A DNA stretch of 64,000 nucleotides from Bacilli bacterium (GCA_900769695.1 CAAGHO010000055.1:2900-66899); one strand, 5' to 3'; positions 36,130 through 46,932 are shown, counted from the first letter of the stretch. A program made the numbers and translations. Notes: generated by a model not told the origin, from the letters alone.

Positions 36130-38103
36130 ATGAAGATGAGGAAATTTTTTAAACTACTTTGTAAATTATTTGTTATTATAATTGTTTTTATTTTAATCTT
36201 TAAGGGTGCGATTTTCCTCTATTTAAAGACTACTCCTAAACTTGAAATTGGTAGTGCGAATAATATTTTGATATATGATAAGGATAAAAAGCTTTTCTTT
36301 CAAGGAAATGAATCTAAAGAATGGACTAGTCTTAAAAATATCTCTAAATACGTAATTGATTCTACAATTTATACGGAAGATAAACATTTCTATTCCCATA
36401 ATGGTTTTGATTATAAAAGAATTTTGAAAGCTAGTATGATTAATATTTCTTCTAGGAGTACAAAGCAAGGTGCTTCTACTATTACGCAACAATATGCGAA
36501 AAATTTGTTTCTTGATTTTGATAAAACTTGGAAAAGAAAATGGGATGAAATGTGGTATACATTAAGAATTGAAAATGCTTATTCTAAAGATGAAATACTT
36601 GAAGGATACTTAAATACAATTAACTATGGTCATGGTATGTATGGAATTGAAAATGCATCTAAGTTTTACTTTAATAAAAGTGCTAAAGACTTGGATTTAG
36701 CAGAAGCAGCAATGATTACTGGTATTCCAAAGTCACCAGCAAATTACTCACCTGTAGTTGATTTTGATATGGCTAAGAAAAGGCAATTATTAGTTTTAAA
36801 TTCTTTAGTAGAAAATAATGTTATCACAGAAGAAGAAAAGAATAATGCCTATAATGAAAGTTTAGTTATCGTTGGAGAAAAAAAAGAAGAAAATTCTCAA
36901 AATTTAATGTATTTCCATGATGCTGTCTTAGATGAATTGGAAACTATCAGTAGTATACCTAAATCTTTAACAGAAACTAAGGGATTAAAAATATATACAA
37001 CACTTGATAATAGGGCACAAGAAAATTTGGATAAAAATATTTTAGAAGCTATTCCTATGAATTCAAAAATCCAAACTGCTGCGGTTATGATGAATCCAAA
37101 CAATGGAGAGATAATTGCTTTAGCAGGAGGTAAAAATTACAATGAATCATCATATAATAGGGCAACTGATTCTAAAAGACAAGTTGGTTCTACTATGAAA
37201 CCTTATTTATATTATGCTGCCCTAGAAAATGGATTCACCTCTTCTACTTCTTTTACTAGTCAAGCTACTACATTTAATTTATCTAATAATCAAACTTATT
37301 CTCCTAAAAATAATAATGATGTATATGGAAACAAGCCTATTTCTATGGCAACAGCAATCGCTTATTCAGAAAATATTTATGCTGTTAAAACTCATTTATT
37401 TTTAGGTCAAGATGCTTTAATTAATGTTGCTAAAAGAGTTGGAATAGAATCAAAATTACAAAAAGTACCTTCTCTTCCTTTAGGTACAAATGATATTAAT
37501 ATAATTGAAATGGCAAGGGGATATTCCGCTTTTGCAAATTTAGGATATAAAATTAAACCTCATTTTATTAGAAAAATCGAAGATAAAGATGGAAATGTTT
37601 TATATGAATATAAGGAAGTAAAAACAGCTGTTTTAAATAAAAGTCTTTGCTTTATTCTAAATAATATGCTTACTGCTACTTATGATAAAGACTATATTGA
37701 TTATAATTATCCTACAGCTGTTGGAATTGCTTCCAAAATGACACATACTTACTCTTTAAAGAGTGGAACAACTTCAACTGATAATTGGAACATTGGATTT
37801 AATCCCGATATCTTAACTGCTGTATGGGTTGGATATGATGATAACACTATTTTGAAATCAAGTGAATATAAATATTCGCAAAATATTTGGCTAAATTCTA
37901 TGGAAAATTATTTAAAAGATAAAGAAAATAAATGGTATGAAAAACCTAGTAATATTTCAGAAGTACTAGTAAATCCTATTACTGGTAAACCAGCAAATAA
38001 TACCGACCAGAAGAAAAAAATAATGTATTTTATAAAGGGTACAGAACCAACTGCAGCTGATCCTGTTTTTGATGAAAAATTTAATAATTCAGTAGCTTCT
38101 TAA
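36130..38103 (+). CDS. class A penicillin-binding protein (transglycosylase/transpeptidase)
   Basis: TM anchor, GT51 motifs EDKHFYSHNGFD and STITQQ, transpeptidase STMKP (SxxK), SEN and KSGTT. Confidence 0.92.
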   Translation: MKMRKFFKLLCKLFVIIIVFILIFKGAIFLYLKTTPKLEIGSANNILIYDKDKKLFFQGNESKEWTSLKNISKYVIDSTIYTEDKHFYSHNGFDYKRILKASMINISSRSTKQGASTITQQYAKNLFLDFDKTWKRKWDEMWYTLRIENAYSKDEILEGYLNTINYGHGMYGIENASKFYFNKSAKDLDLAEAAMITGIPKSPANYSPVVDFDMAKKRQLLVLNSLVENNVITEEEKNNAYNESLVIVGEKKEENSQNLMYFHDAVLDELETISSIPKSLTETKGLKIYTTLDNRAQENLDKNILEAIPMNSKIQTAAVMMNPNNGEIIALAGGKNYNESSYNRATDSKRQVGSTMKPYLYYAALENGFTSSTSFTSQATTFNLSNNQTYSPKNNNDVYGNKPISMATAIAYSENIYAVKTHLFLGQDALINVAKRVGIESKLQKVPSLPLGTNDINIIEMARGYSAFANLGYKIKPHFIRKIEDKDGNVLYEYKEVKTAVLNKSLCFILNNMLTATYDKDYIDYNYPTAVGIASKMTHTYSLKSGTTSTDNWNIGFNPDILTAVWVGYDDNTILKSSEYKYSQNIWLNSMENYLKDKENKWYEKPSNISEVLVNPITGKPANNTDQKKKIMYFIKGTEPTAADPVFDEKFNNSVAS

Positions 38104-38157
38104 AATAATAATTGTTTGTTTTCCTATAATTTGATATAATTAATTTATTAATAGGGG

Positions 38158-38727
38158 ATGATAAATATGTTTTATATCATTATAGGAAGTATTACTCTTA
38201 TAGCTTTAATTTTACTTATAATTGTTATTTATTATAATAGATTTCAATATAATATTATTAAAACAAAAGAAGCTGAAGCTAACATAGAAATTTATCTAGA
38301 TAAGAAATTAGAGCTTATAAAAAGATGTGTTCCTATTATTAAAGATGAGTTAAAAATGAAAGAATATCTACCTGAGGTTGATAATATTAATAAAGATGAT
38401 ATTAACCACTTTGAATTTAATAATCAACTAGCTGATATTTCTAAGAAATTATTTAAAACAATCGATGATAATGACAAGTTATATAAGAGTGAAGCTTTAA
38501 ATAAAGTTTTAGAAGAATATAATGATAACGAAGTTGAACTTATTGGAACAATTAAATTTTATAATAATACTGTTGTTAATTATAATCATTTAATTCTTGC
38601 TTTTCCATCTAATATAATTCGTTTATTATTTGGTTATAAGCAAAAAGAATTTTACTCACATGAAAAAAGAGAAATGTTTGAAATCTTAAAAGAAGAGAAA
38701 GATTCAAAAAAGAAAAATAAAAACTGA
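38158..38727 (+). CDS. LemA family protein
   Basis: N-terminal TM followed by YNRFQ...IKTKEAEANIE...YNNTVVNYN, the typical LemA pattern. Confidence 0.8.
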   Translation: MINMFYIIIGSITLIALILLIIVIYYNRFQYNIIKTKEAEANIEIYLDKKLELIKRCVPIIKDELKMKEYLPEVDNINKDDINHFEFNNQLADISKKLFKTIDDNDKLYKSEALNKVLEEYNDNEVELIGTIKFYNNTVVNYNHLILAFPSNIIRLLFGYKQKEFYSHEKREMFEILKEEKDSKKKNKN

Positions 38728-38747
38728 TATCAATTTATCAGTTTTTA
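38721..38747. terminator. bidirectional terminator between lemA and ung
   Basis: Arms aaactgata (38721-38729) and tatcagttt (38736-38744), flanked by an A-run and a T-run. Confidence 0.65.
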
Positions 38748-38753
38748 TTATGA

Positions 38754-39428
38754 TTATTTTTCAATACGCCAATCTATTTCTTTTAGACCTTTACTCTTTA
38801 AAAATGCATTAGTTTTGGAAAATGGTCTACTACCAAAGAAACCATTATATGCAGAAAATGGAGATGGATGAGCAGATTCTATAACATAATGGTTAGGATT
38901 TGTTATTAATTTCTTTTTGTTTCTAGCAAAATTACCCCATAATATAAATACAACTGGGGTTTCTTTTTCATTAAGTTTTTTTATTACTTCATCAGTAAAT
39001 TGTTCCCATCCTATATCTTTATGAGAAGCAGGATGAGATTCTTGAACTGTTAAGACTGTATTTAAAAGTAAAACTCCTTCTTCTGCCCAAGGAATTAAAG
39101 AATTTGATGTAGGAAAAGGGATACCTAAATCACTTTCCATTTCTTTGAAAATATTTTGAAGTGAAGGAGGTTTTCTTACACAATTTTTTACCGAAAAGGA
39201 AAGACCTTCAGCCTGATTTACTCCATGATATGGATCTTGTCCTAAAATTACTACTTTAGTATCTTTATAGCTTGTATGTCTAAAAGCATTAAAAATTTCA
39301 CATTTTTTTGGATAAATCGTTTTTTCACTATATTCCTTATCAATAAATTCTATTAATTTTTTAAAATAGTCCTTATTATATTCTTCTTCTAAATATAAAT
39401 CCCAATCATTACCTATCACGTATATCAC
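38754..39428 (-). CDS. ung: uracil-DNA glycosylase
   Basis: VVILGQDPYHG, GVLLLN, HPSPFS. Confidence 0.95.
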   Translation of the reverse strand: MIYVIGNDWDLYLEEEYNKDYFKKLIEFIDKEYSEKTIYPKKCEIFNAFRHTSYKDTKVVILGQDPYHGVNQAEGLSFSVKNCVRKPPSLQNIFKEMESDLGIPFPTSNSLIPWAEEGVLLLNTVLTVQESHPASHKDIGWEQFTDEVIKKLNEKETPVVFILWGNFARNKKKLITNPNHYVIESAHPSPFSAYNGFFGSRPFSKTNAFLKSKGLKEIDWRIEK

Positions 39429-39452
39429 CTCTTTAATTATAGCATTTATAAA

Positions 39453-40340
39453 TTATTTGTTCAAATTTAGATAATCAATGAATTTTGAACAATATGATGG
39501 CATAATATTATTTTTAAGTGTAATAATTCCATAATCAACATTTTCAGTATCCGGTGTTGTCTTAATTTCATATAAATGTTTTGTTTTTAACTCTTCTGAA
39601 GCATAAAGCTTTGTTACATAACCAATACCATAACCTATTTTAGTAAAATCTATTAAAAGATTAGAACTTCCGATATTCATAATAGGATCTACTTTTATAT
39701 TGTTTTCCTTAAAATATTTTTCTATGCTTCTTCTAGAATTAGATGGATTCTTCTGAAGTAATAGTGGATATTTAATGATTTCTTGGATATTTTGTCTTTT
39801 TGTATATAGTTCCTTATATTTGTTACTTGCTACAAAAATATATTTTGTTGTTCCAAGTTTACTATATTTCAAATCAAGTTCACGCTCTTCAGGAAATTTA
39901 CTAATAATAATATCTATTATTCCATTTCTTAATTTTTTGATTAATTTTTGGGTGGGGTCTGTATCTATATCAATATGAATATTTGGATATTTTTCATGAA
40001 ATATTTCTATATGTTTTAATAAATACTTTCTAGTCAAACTTGTACTGATACCTATCTTTATGGTTCCATAATTTATAGCTTTTACTTCATCAATCTTTCT
40101 TTCCGCTTCATCAAATAAGATTAAAGCTTGTTTTACATCCATATAAATTTTCTCACCATATTGATTTAAAACAACGCCCCTTTTTGTTCTCACAAAAAGA
40201 GGTTCACCTAATGATTGCTCTAAATTTTTAATATGCTTAGTTACAGCCGGTTGCGATATATTAAGTTGCTTACTTGCTTGGGTGATGTTTTTACAGTTTG
40301 CGACTGTATAGAATATTCTATATAATTCTAAATTAATCAT
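39453..40340 (-). CDS. LysR family transcriptional regulator
   Basis: N-terminal wHTH (ITQASKQLNISQPAVTKHIKNLE) plus a substrate-binding domain. Confidence 0.88.
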   Translation of the reverse strand: MINLELYRIFYTVANCKNITQASKQLNISQPAVTKHIKNLEQSLGEPLFVRTKRGVVLNQYGEKIYMDVKQALILFDEAERKIDEVKAINYGTIKIGISTSLTRKYLLKHIEIFHEKYPNIHIDIDTDPTQKLIKKLRNGIIDIIISKFPEERELDLKYSKLGTTKYIFVASNKYKELYTKRQNIQEIIKYPLLLQKNPSNSRRSIEKYFKENNIKVDPIMNIGSSNLLIDFTKIGYGIGYVTKLYASEELKTKHLYEIKTTPDTENVDYGIITLKNNIMPSYCSKFIDYLNLNK

Positions 40341-40429
40341 AATAACCTCCAGTTATAATAACTATATTTTTTATGTATTTTAATTATATTAAAATTTCTG
40401 TTACTATACAAGTAGAAAGAGGTGATTTT

Positions 40430-41326
40430 ATGAGTTATTTATCTAAAGAAGAAATTGAAAAAATTGTTAAAAATGGAGATAGTGGGAAATATTCACATGT
40501 TATGATTTGTTTAGATCATTTTGATTATAACTATTTTCCAATCTATATTAATCGAGATGACAAAATTATGAGTGTAATTGATAGTTTTAACGCTCAAAAT
40601 GTTGGAAATATGTTATCTATTGAAGAAATATATAATTATGATATGAATCTTGATGAGCAATTAAATGAAACAAGAGCCTATCATATAGATATTAATACTG
40701 ATAAAAATAACGATATTATCAACAAGGCATTGGAATTTGCTACTAAAAAGCATAAAGGACAGATGAGAAAATCAGAAGAAAAAAAGGAATACATTACCCA
40801 TCCAATCAATGTTGCTAATCTTGTAAAAAAGTACAAAGTTTCTCATCATATTGATTCATTAATTGCAGCAGCATATTTACATGATACTTTAGAAGATACA
40901 AATACTACTTATTATGAATTAGTGGAAAACTTTGGGGTAGAAGTGGCAAGTTTGGTCAGTGAACTAACAACTAACCGTGATATGAAAAAGGAAATAGGAA
41001 AAGAAAAATATTTAGCCTATAAATTGAAAGAAATGACAAACTGGGCCTTAGTAATAAAATTATGTGATAGGTTAGATAACGTTTCAGATCTCTATGGCGT
41101 AGATTCTAAATTTAGAACAAGATATATTAATGAAACTATATTTATCTTAACTTATGTTGTTAATAATAGGAATCTTACTCAAACTCATCTCAATATTATT
41201 AAAGATATTAATTCTATTGTAGGTATCATCGTTAATTCAACATTTGATGAAAAAAGTGAAGCAAAAACAAAAATCAAATCTATAAATGAAATTGTTTCAC
41301 AAAAAAAGAGCTATGAAAATTCATAG
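40430..41326 (+). CDS. HD-domain protein (RelA/SpoT-type (p)ppGpp hydrolase fold) with ~90-aa N-terminal extension
   Basis: ALEFATKKHKGQMRK...YITHPINVANL...AAYLHDTLEDT...KLCDRLDN. The start at 40430 follows an AGAGGTGA RBS. Confidence 0.75.
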   Translation: MSYLSKEEIEKIVKNGDSGKYSHVMICLDHFDYNYFPIYINRDDKIMSVIDSFNAQNVGNMLSIEEIYNYDMNLDEQLNETRAYHIDINTDKNNDIINKALEFATKKHKGQMRKSEEKKEYITHPINVANLVKKYKVSHHIDSLIAAAYLHDTLEDTNTTYYELVENFGVEVASLVSELTTNRDMKKEIGKEKYLAYKLKEMTNWALVIKLCDRLDNVSDLYGVDSKFRTRYINETIFILTYVVNNRNLTQTHLNIIKDINSIVGIIVNSTFDEKSEAKTKIKSINEIVSQKKSYENS

Positions 41327-41328
41327 CT

Positions 41329-41784
41329 TTATTTATGATAACTCTCATTATTATTTATTTTATAACTACGATATATTTGTTCTAGAAGTAATACTCTAAA
41401 TAATTGATGCGGGAAAGTTAATGTTGAAAATGAAAGATGATAATTAGCCTTATCTTTTATACTTTTATCTATACCATAACTACCACCTATTACAAAGGTA
41501 ATGTTACTGCTAATTGTTAAAGTTTCATCTAACTTTCTTGCTAACTGTTCTGATGATATTTGTTTTCCTTCTATTTCTAAGGTTATTAAATAATCTTTAG
41601 AATCAATATATTTTTCTATTTGTTCTTTTTCTGAATTTAAAACTTTATTAATATTATCATAATCATAGTCTTTTACTTCTATAAGGTTTAATTTAGTATA
41701 TTTTGATATTCTTTTTGTATACTCATCTATGGCATCTCTTAAATATTTTTCTTTAATTTTTCCAACACAAATTATCTTTATCAT
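41329..41784 (-). CDS. rlmH: 23S rRNA (pseudouridine1915-N3)-methyltransferase RlmH
   Basis: SPOUT fold. MIKIICVGKIKEKYL...FVIGGSYG...LSFSTLTFPHQL. Confidence 0.9.
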   Translation of the reverse strand: MIKIICVGKIKEKYLRDAIDEYTKRISKYTKLNLIEVKDYDYDNINKVLNSEKEQIEKYIDSKDYLITLEIEGKQISSEQLARKLDETLTISSNITFVIGGSYGIDKSIKDKANYHLSFSTLTFPHQLFRVLLLEQIYRSYKINNNESYHK

Positions 41785-41786
41785 AT

Positions 41787-42539
41787 TTACACCTCTAGAA
41801 CGTTTAATTCTTCATCTTTTTTAGCTACCATAACTTCTATTTTATCATCTATTAATTTTCTTGTTTCACTGTAGGCTAATTCTTCCGTATTATTTTTTTC
41901 ACTGATGTGGGCTAAAACTATATATTTTGTTTTATCACCAACAGCATCTTTTAAATATTTAGCTGTTGTTTTATTAGATAAATGGCCTTTGTCACTAATA
42001 ACTCTTTCTTTTAAAAATCTAGGATAAGGTCCGTCCATTAACATTGCTTCATCGTGATTACTTTCTATTATATAAATATTCTTATTAACCATTTTTTGAA
42101 GATATTTTCTATTAATATAACCAGTATCAGTTACGTAAACTAGACTTTTATCATTATAAGTAATAATATATCCTACTGAAAAGGTTGTATCATGTGAAGT
42201 ATGAATTAGCTCTATATTAACATCATTTATATTAAAATTATCTTCTATAAAATTACATCTATCTATTGGTACAATATTTTCTAAATCAACATACATTTTT
42301 TTAGGTATATATACTTGAAGTTTAGTATGATTAATTAAGGCTTTAAGTCCCTTTATATGGTCACTATGGGAATGGGTTATTAATATCCCAGCAAAATCTT
42401 CGAATGCTAGAGATTTTTCCTCTAGCATTCTTTTTACTGTTAGATAGGATAATCCTATATCTATTATTAGTCTTGTATTATCACAAAGAACTATACTTGA
42501 GTTTCCTTTGGAACCACTCGCTAAAACTTGAACTTTCAT
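41787..42539 (-). CDS. MBL-fold metallo-hydrolase (YycJ/WalJ-like)
   Basis: ITHSHSDH motif. Position directly upstream of rlmH, as yycJ is in Bacillus. Confidence 0.8.
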   Translation of the reverse strand: MKVQVLASGSKGNSSIVLCDNTRLIIDIGLSYLTVKRMLEEKSLAFEDFAGILITHSHSDHIKGLKALINHTKLQVYIPKKMYVDLENIVPIDRCNFIEDNFNINDVNIELIHTSHDTTFSVGYIITYNDKSLVYVTDTGYINRKYLQKMVNKNIYIIESNHDEAMLMDGPYPRFLKERVISDKGHLSNKTTAKYLKDAVGDKTKYIVLAHISEKNNTEELAYSETRKLIDDKIEVMVAKKDEELNVLEV

Positions 42540-42540
42540 T

Positions 42541-44037
42541 TTAATAAAAACTCATAGCGTTGTGAACTCTTCCACCATAATATGGATAACCACTCCATAT
42601 TGCAAAGTGTAAGTGAACACCTGTTGCAAATCCTGTTCTTCCCATTGTACCAATAACTTGACCTTTGGTTACAGTTTGACCTTCGCTTACGGAAAAACCT
42701 GCTAAGTGAGCATATAAACTATAGTAACCATTATTATGATTTATAATAATATATTTACCATTATCATATTTATAAGATACTTTTACAACTGTACCAGATT
42801 GTGCCGCAAAGATATTTGATCCATATCCACAACCAGCAATATCTGTTCCATCATGTAAAACTCCCCAACGATAACCAAATGGTGATGATACTGAGTTACA
42901 TGTAGCTGGCCATCCCCATTCTCCACGTGTTGCGACAACTCCACCATATCCTGGACCATCATATCCATAAGAATTTTGTCTGCCACCTTTGACAACGATT
43001 TCTTTTACTGGGGCTTTTAATTGTTCTGTATTAACTGTAACAATGTTGGTAGTTTCACCATTAACCTTCTGGATTTTTTGAGTAACTCTATTTTTACCTT
43101 TTACACCAGCTTGTTCTACATTAGAATAACTAGTACTTTTAGAATTATCATATTTTGTTTCTGTTTCATAATTAACATCAACATCAGATACAGTATGATC
43201 TTCTTCTACTACATCAAATTGCGGATGCATGATACCAAGTGTTACTACTTGACCTGGAAATAATAAACTATTTTTATCTTTAAATTGTGTATTTGCAATC
43301 AAAAATTCTTCTGTAGATATCTTATTATTGAAAGCAACATCTTCAATAGTATCTCCATCTTGAACAGTATATTTTTGTTGTTCATCAGTAGTTCCAAATA
43401 GTAAATATTTAGTTAATTCTTCACTTTCTTCATAGATTTTTTGATTAACTGGAATTCTATTTTTCTTAATACTTATTTTATTTTTGATATAAATATTTTC
43501 AATAATACTACCTGTTTCTTTAATCTCTTTTTGAGTTTCTTTCTTATAACTATCATATCGATCTTTAGTAATAAATGATTCTGCAGTTGAAGTTATTGCC
43601 TTAGTTGAAATATTTTTCTTTAAAGTATAGATAACTACATCTTTAGCTTTAATTTTTTTTCCTTCACTATTTGTTTTTGTTAGTCCTTTAATTGTTGTTG
43701 TATATCCATCAATAGTAAAAGGAGAAATATCCTTTATCTTTGTATATATTTGTTTTGTTGATAAAATTTTTTCATTATAAGTTAGCTCTTTTTCAATATC
43801 TAAATCCTCTGGAATATATACTTTATCTACTTTATATTTTTTCTTAATACTCGCTTGTTCTTTATCGATATATTGTTCTAATGATTTTTTTGATTCAATT
43901 AAACCTAGTGATTTTCCTTTTAAATAAACTCTATAAACCTCCTGAGGTTCTTTATTTGTATTAGCTGTTGTACACATTACTAAACCAAGACTTAGAAGTG
44001 TTGCGGCTATTACAAAGACTATTGATCTGTTATCCAT
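42541..44037 (-). CDS. secreted LysM + G5 + M23 peptidoglycan hydrolase
   Basis: Signal-anchor sequence. LysM (YTVQDGDTIEDVAFNNKIS...LFPGQVV). G5-like (EQAGVKGKNRVTQKIQKVNGE...VVKGG). M23 motifs HDGTD and HLHFAIW. The ATG at 44037 overlaps the dnaB stop (ATGGATAA). Confidence 0.85.
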   Translation of the reverse strand: MDNRSIVFVIAATLLSLGLVMCTTANTNKEPQEVYRVYLKGKSLGLIESKKSLEQYIDKEQASIKKKYKVDKVYIPEDLDIEKELTYNEKILSTKQIYTKIKDISPFTIDGYTTTIKGLTKTNSEGKKIKAKDVVIYTLKKNISTKAITSTAESFITKDRYDSYKKETQKEIKETGSIIENIYIKNKISIKKNRIPVNQKIYEESEELTKYLLFGTTDEQQKYTVQDGDTIEDVAFNNKISTEEFLIANTQFKDKNSLLFPGQVVTLGIMHPQFDVVEEDHTVSDVDVNYETETKYDNSKSTSYSNVEQAGVKGKNRVTQKIQKVNGETTNIVTVNTEQLKAPVKEIVVKGGRQNSYGYDGPGYGGVVATRGEWGWPATCNSVSSPFGYRWGVLHDGTDIAGCGYGSNIFAAQSGTVVKVSYKYDNGKYIIINHNNGYYSLYAHLAGFSVSEGQTVTKGQVIGTMGRTGFATGVHLHFAIWSGYPYYGGRVHNAMSFY

Positions 44038-45385
44038 TATTATTAGGCACCCCATCTTTCCTTAAACTTAAAAATGTTGAAGTATTCTTTTTAAATAGTA
44101 ATTCTATTGTAGCAGTAGGTCCATTACGATGTTTTGCGATTATTAACTCACTGATACTGTTATCATCTTCTCTTCTTGCTTCTTTATTGTAATAGTCATC
44201 ACGATATAAGAATGAAACAATATCAGCATCTTGTTCAATTGAACCTGATTCACGTAAATCACTCATAATTGGACGTTTGTCTTCACGAGCTTCAACACTA
44301 CGAGAAAGTTGTGCTAAAGCTATAACTGGTACATGTAGTTCCATAGCTAATGTTTTTAAACTTCTTGAAATATCAGAAACTTCTTGTTGACGGTTAGCTC
44401 CATAATTTTTACCTCCAGAAATCAACTGTAAGTAATCGATTATGACTAAGCCAAGTCCTTTATCACTACTAGCAAGTCTTCTACACTTAGCTCTAATTTC
44501 GCCTATGGTAATACCGGAGGTATCATCTATAAAAAGGTTAGTATCACTAAGTTGTGATGTTGCTTCATTTAATCTTTTCCAATCTTCATTAAGTAAATTT
44601 CCTGTCCTTAATTTGTAACCATCTACTTGACCTAGAGAAGATAAGATACGTAGTGCTAATTGTTCAGCACCCATTTCTAGGTTGAATAAAGCAACAGATT
44701 TTTTATTATTCATAGCAATATGAGTAGCCATATTTAAGGCAAAAGCTGTTTTTCCCATAGCAGGACGTGCCGCTATAATTATAAATTCATTTTCATGAAG
44801 ACCAGCTGTCAATTTATCAAAGTCATACCATCCTGTTGCAAGTCCAGTAATCTCTCCTTTTGTTTCAGCAAGACGCTCTAAATCAGATTCTGTTTTAATT
44901 AATACTTCTTTAATTGATTTAAATTCAGATGATTTTCTTGTCTTAACAATTCCAAGAATTCTTTTTTCAGCATTATCTAAAGTTTCATTAACATCTTCTT
45001 CTGTATCATAACCTTTGCTAGCAATATCTGTTGCTGTTTCAATTAGTCTTCTTAAAACAGCTGTATCTTCAACACTTTTTATATAGTAATCAATATTAGT
45101 AGCTGTTGGCACAAAGTTTAAGATTTCTGTTAGATACTCTACTCCACCAACTTCACTTAAGATTTTTTTATTTTTTAAATCTGTTGTTACAGTTGTTATA
45201 TCAATTGGTGTTTTTGCATCTAATAATGAAGCCATAGAAGCAAAGATTTTTGCATTCTTTTCATTATAAAAAGAATCTTCAGTTAAAGATTCACAAGCCT
45301 TTTCTAGAGCATATTTTGAAAGAAAACACGCTCCAAGTACTGACTCTTCTGCTTCTATATTATTAGGCATTGTCTTTAGTGCCAT
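44030..45385 (-). CDS. dnaB: replicative DNA helicase
   Basis: AARPAMGKTAFALN Walker A, IIDYLQL, RESGSIEQDAD. Confidence 0.96.
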   Translation of the reverse strand: MALKTMPNNIEAEESVLGACFLSKYALEKACESLTEDSFYNEKNAKIFASMASLLDAKTPIDITTVTTDLKNKKILSEVGGVEYLTEILNFVPTATNIDYYIKSVEDTAVLRRLIETATDIASKGYDTEEDVNETLDNAEKRILGIVKTRKSSEFKSIKEVLIKTESDLERLAETKGEITGLATGWYDFDKLTAGLHENEFIIIAARPAMGKTAFALNMATHIAMNNKKSVALFNLEMGAEQLALRILSSLGQVDGYKLRTGNLLNEDWKRLNEATSQLSDTNLFIDDTSGITIGEIRAKCRRLASSDKGLGLVIIDYLQLISGGKNYGANRQQEVSDISRSLKTLAMELHVPVIALAQLSRSVEAREDKRPIMSDLRESGSIEQDADIVSFLYRDDYYNKEARREDDNSISELIIAKHRNGPTATIELLFKKNTSTFLSLRKDGVPNNNG

Positions 45386-45395
45386 AATACCACCT

Positions 45396-45836
45396 CTACT
45401 TTACAACATGAATTTTTACTTTGGCAAATATTTGTCCATAAAGATTTATTTTTACATTATGAACTCCTAGACTAGAAATAGCTTCATCCATTTCTATTTG
45501 TTTTTTATCAATTTTGAATCCTTTTTCATCAATAGCTTCTTTAATTTGTTTTGGACTAATACTACCAAAAACTTTATCATTAGCTCCTGTTTTTACTTTA
45601 AATTCTATTTTTAAATTTTCTAACTTTTCTTTTAATTTTGTTGCTTCTTCCTTATTTTTTTTATCTTCTAATTCCTGTTTCTTATTTTGATTTTTTAACT
45701 CATTTAAATTATGATCATTTACAGGAATAGCATAACCGTTTTTAATTAGAAAATTTTGAGCATAACCATCTTTTACGTTTTTGATTTCACCCTTTTTACC
45801 TTGTTTTCTTAAGTCTTTTACAAATATAACTTGCAT
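45396..45836 (-). CDS. rplI: 50S ribosomal protein L9
   Basis: [30 protein letters not shown]. The start at 45836 follows a GAAGGTGA RBS. Confidence 0.93.
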   Translation of the reverse strand: MQVIFVKDLRKQGKKGEIKNVKDGYAQNFLIKNGYAIPVNDHNLNELKNQNKKQELEDKKNKEEATKLKEKLENLKIEFKVKTGANDKVFGSISPKQIKEAIDEKGFKIDKKQIEMDEAISSLGVHNVKINLYGQIFAKVKIHVVK

Positions 45837-45837
45837 C

Positions 45838-46827
45838 CTATTCACCTTCTTGTTTTTTTATTTGTTCTTTAACTAATTTTTCTACTTGGCTAATGCTTTT
45901 CTTTTTGAATACACAAGCACCATTGTATTCATCTCCGCCTCCGCCAAGTTTTTCTAATATTTTAGAAATATTATAATTACCTAAACTTCTAGCACTTACA
46001 CCTACTGTATCTTGATCAAGTTTACCAATTACAAATGATGATTCTATATTATTAAAGAATAATAAAGTATCAGCAATTTTTGCTAAATCTTCACGACGAT
46101 AAATTGTTGATGAAGTGGCTTTTGTAAAAGCAATTTTGTCATCAATAACTTCAAGTCTCGTTAATAATTTTTGTCTTTCTGTATATTCTAAGATATCTTG
46201 TTTTAGTAAATATTGAACTTTTTTTGCTGAAGCACCTAGACTTGATAGATAATATGCTGCATAGTAAGTTTCTGCAGTTGTTTTTAAAGTGAAATTGTTT
46301 GTATCTAAAACTATACCTGATAAAATTATAGTTGCAAAATAAGGATCCAATTCAATTTCATAGTTTTCTATTAAATTTGTTATCATTTCACATGTAGATG
46401 ATGTATTATCATCACGTATTAAAAATGCATCCTTAATAGTGTTTTTTCCTACTCCATGATGATCAATTATAACTTTATTGGGTATAAGTTTTAAAGCTGT
46501 TTCACTTTGGACTAAATCTTTCTTATTTGTATCTAAAATTAACAATAAATTTTTCTTCATATTTTTAGAAAGATTTGCTTCAATTTTGTCACTTGTAATA
46601 ACATCTAAGCAACCATCTAGTTCTTTTAGAATCTTTTCTACTCCTAATTCATGAATTTTATCATCTATGATTAAATAACAATCTTTTTTTCGTGCTTTTA
46701 AGATTTTATACATTCCAATGGAACTACCTAGGGCATCTAAATCTAAATTTTTGTGAGCCATTATAAATATTTTATTTGCATTTTTAATTTTTTTGTTTAA
46801 TATTCTTTTATTTTTTAATATTTCCAT
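45838..46827 (-). CDS. stand-alone DHH/DHHA1 phosphoesterase in the GdpP (yybT) position
   Basis: DLDALGS, IIDHH, and a GGGG DHHA1 motif. Only 329 aa, with no TM, PAS or GGDEF-like N-terminal half. Confidence 0.75.
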   Translation of the reverse strand: MEILKNKRILNKKIKNANKIFIMAHKNLDLDALGSSIGMYKILKARKKDCYLIIDDKIHELGVEKILKELDGCLDVITSDKIEANLSKNMKKNLLLILDTNKKDLVQSETALKLIPNKVIIDHHGVGKNTIKDAFLIRDDNTSSTCEMITNLIENYEIELDPYFATIILSGIVLDTNNFTLKTTAETYYAAYYLSSLGASAKKVQYLLKQDILEYTERQKLLTRLEVIDDKIAFTKATSSTIYRREDLAKIADTLLFFNNIESSFVIGKLDQDTVGVSARSLGNYNISKILEKLGGGGDEYNGACVFKKKSISQVEKLVKEQIKKQEGE

Positions 46828-46932
46828 GACATCCTCCTACAGGAAATCCCCCAACATAATTATATAATAAATTAAATGATTTGTCTATAAAACGAAAAGT
46901 TCTAAATAACAAAAAAAAGCAATAATTTGCTT

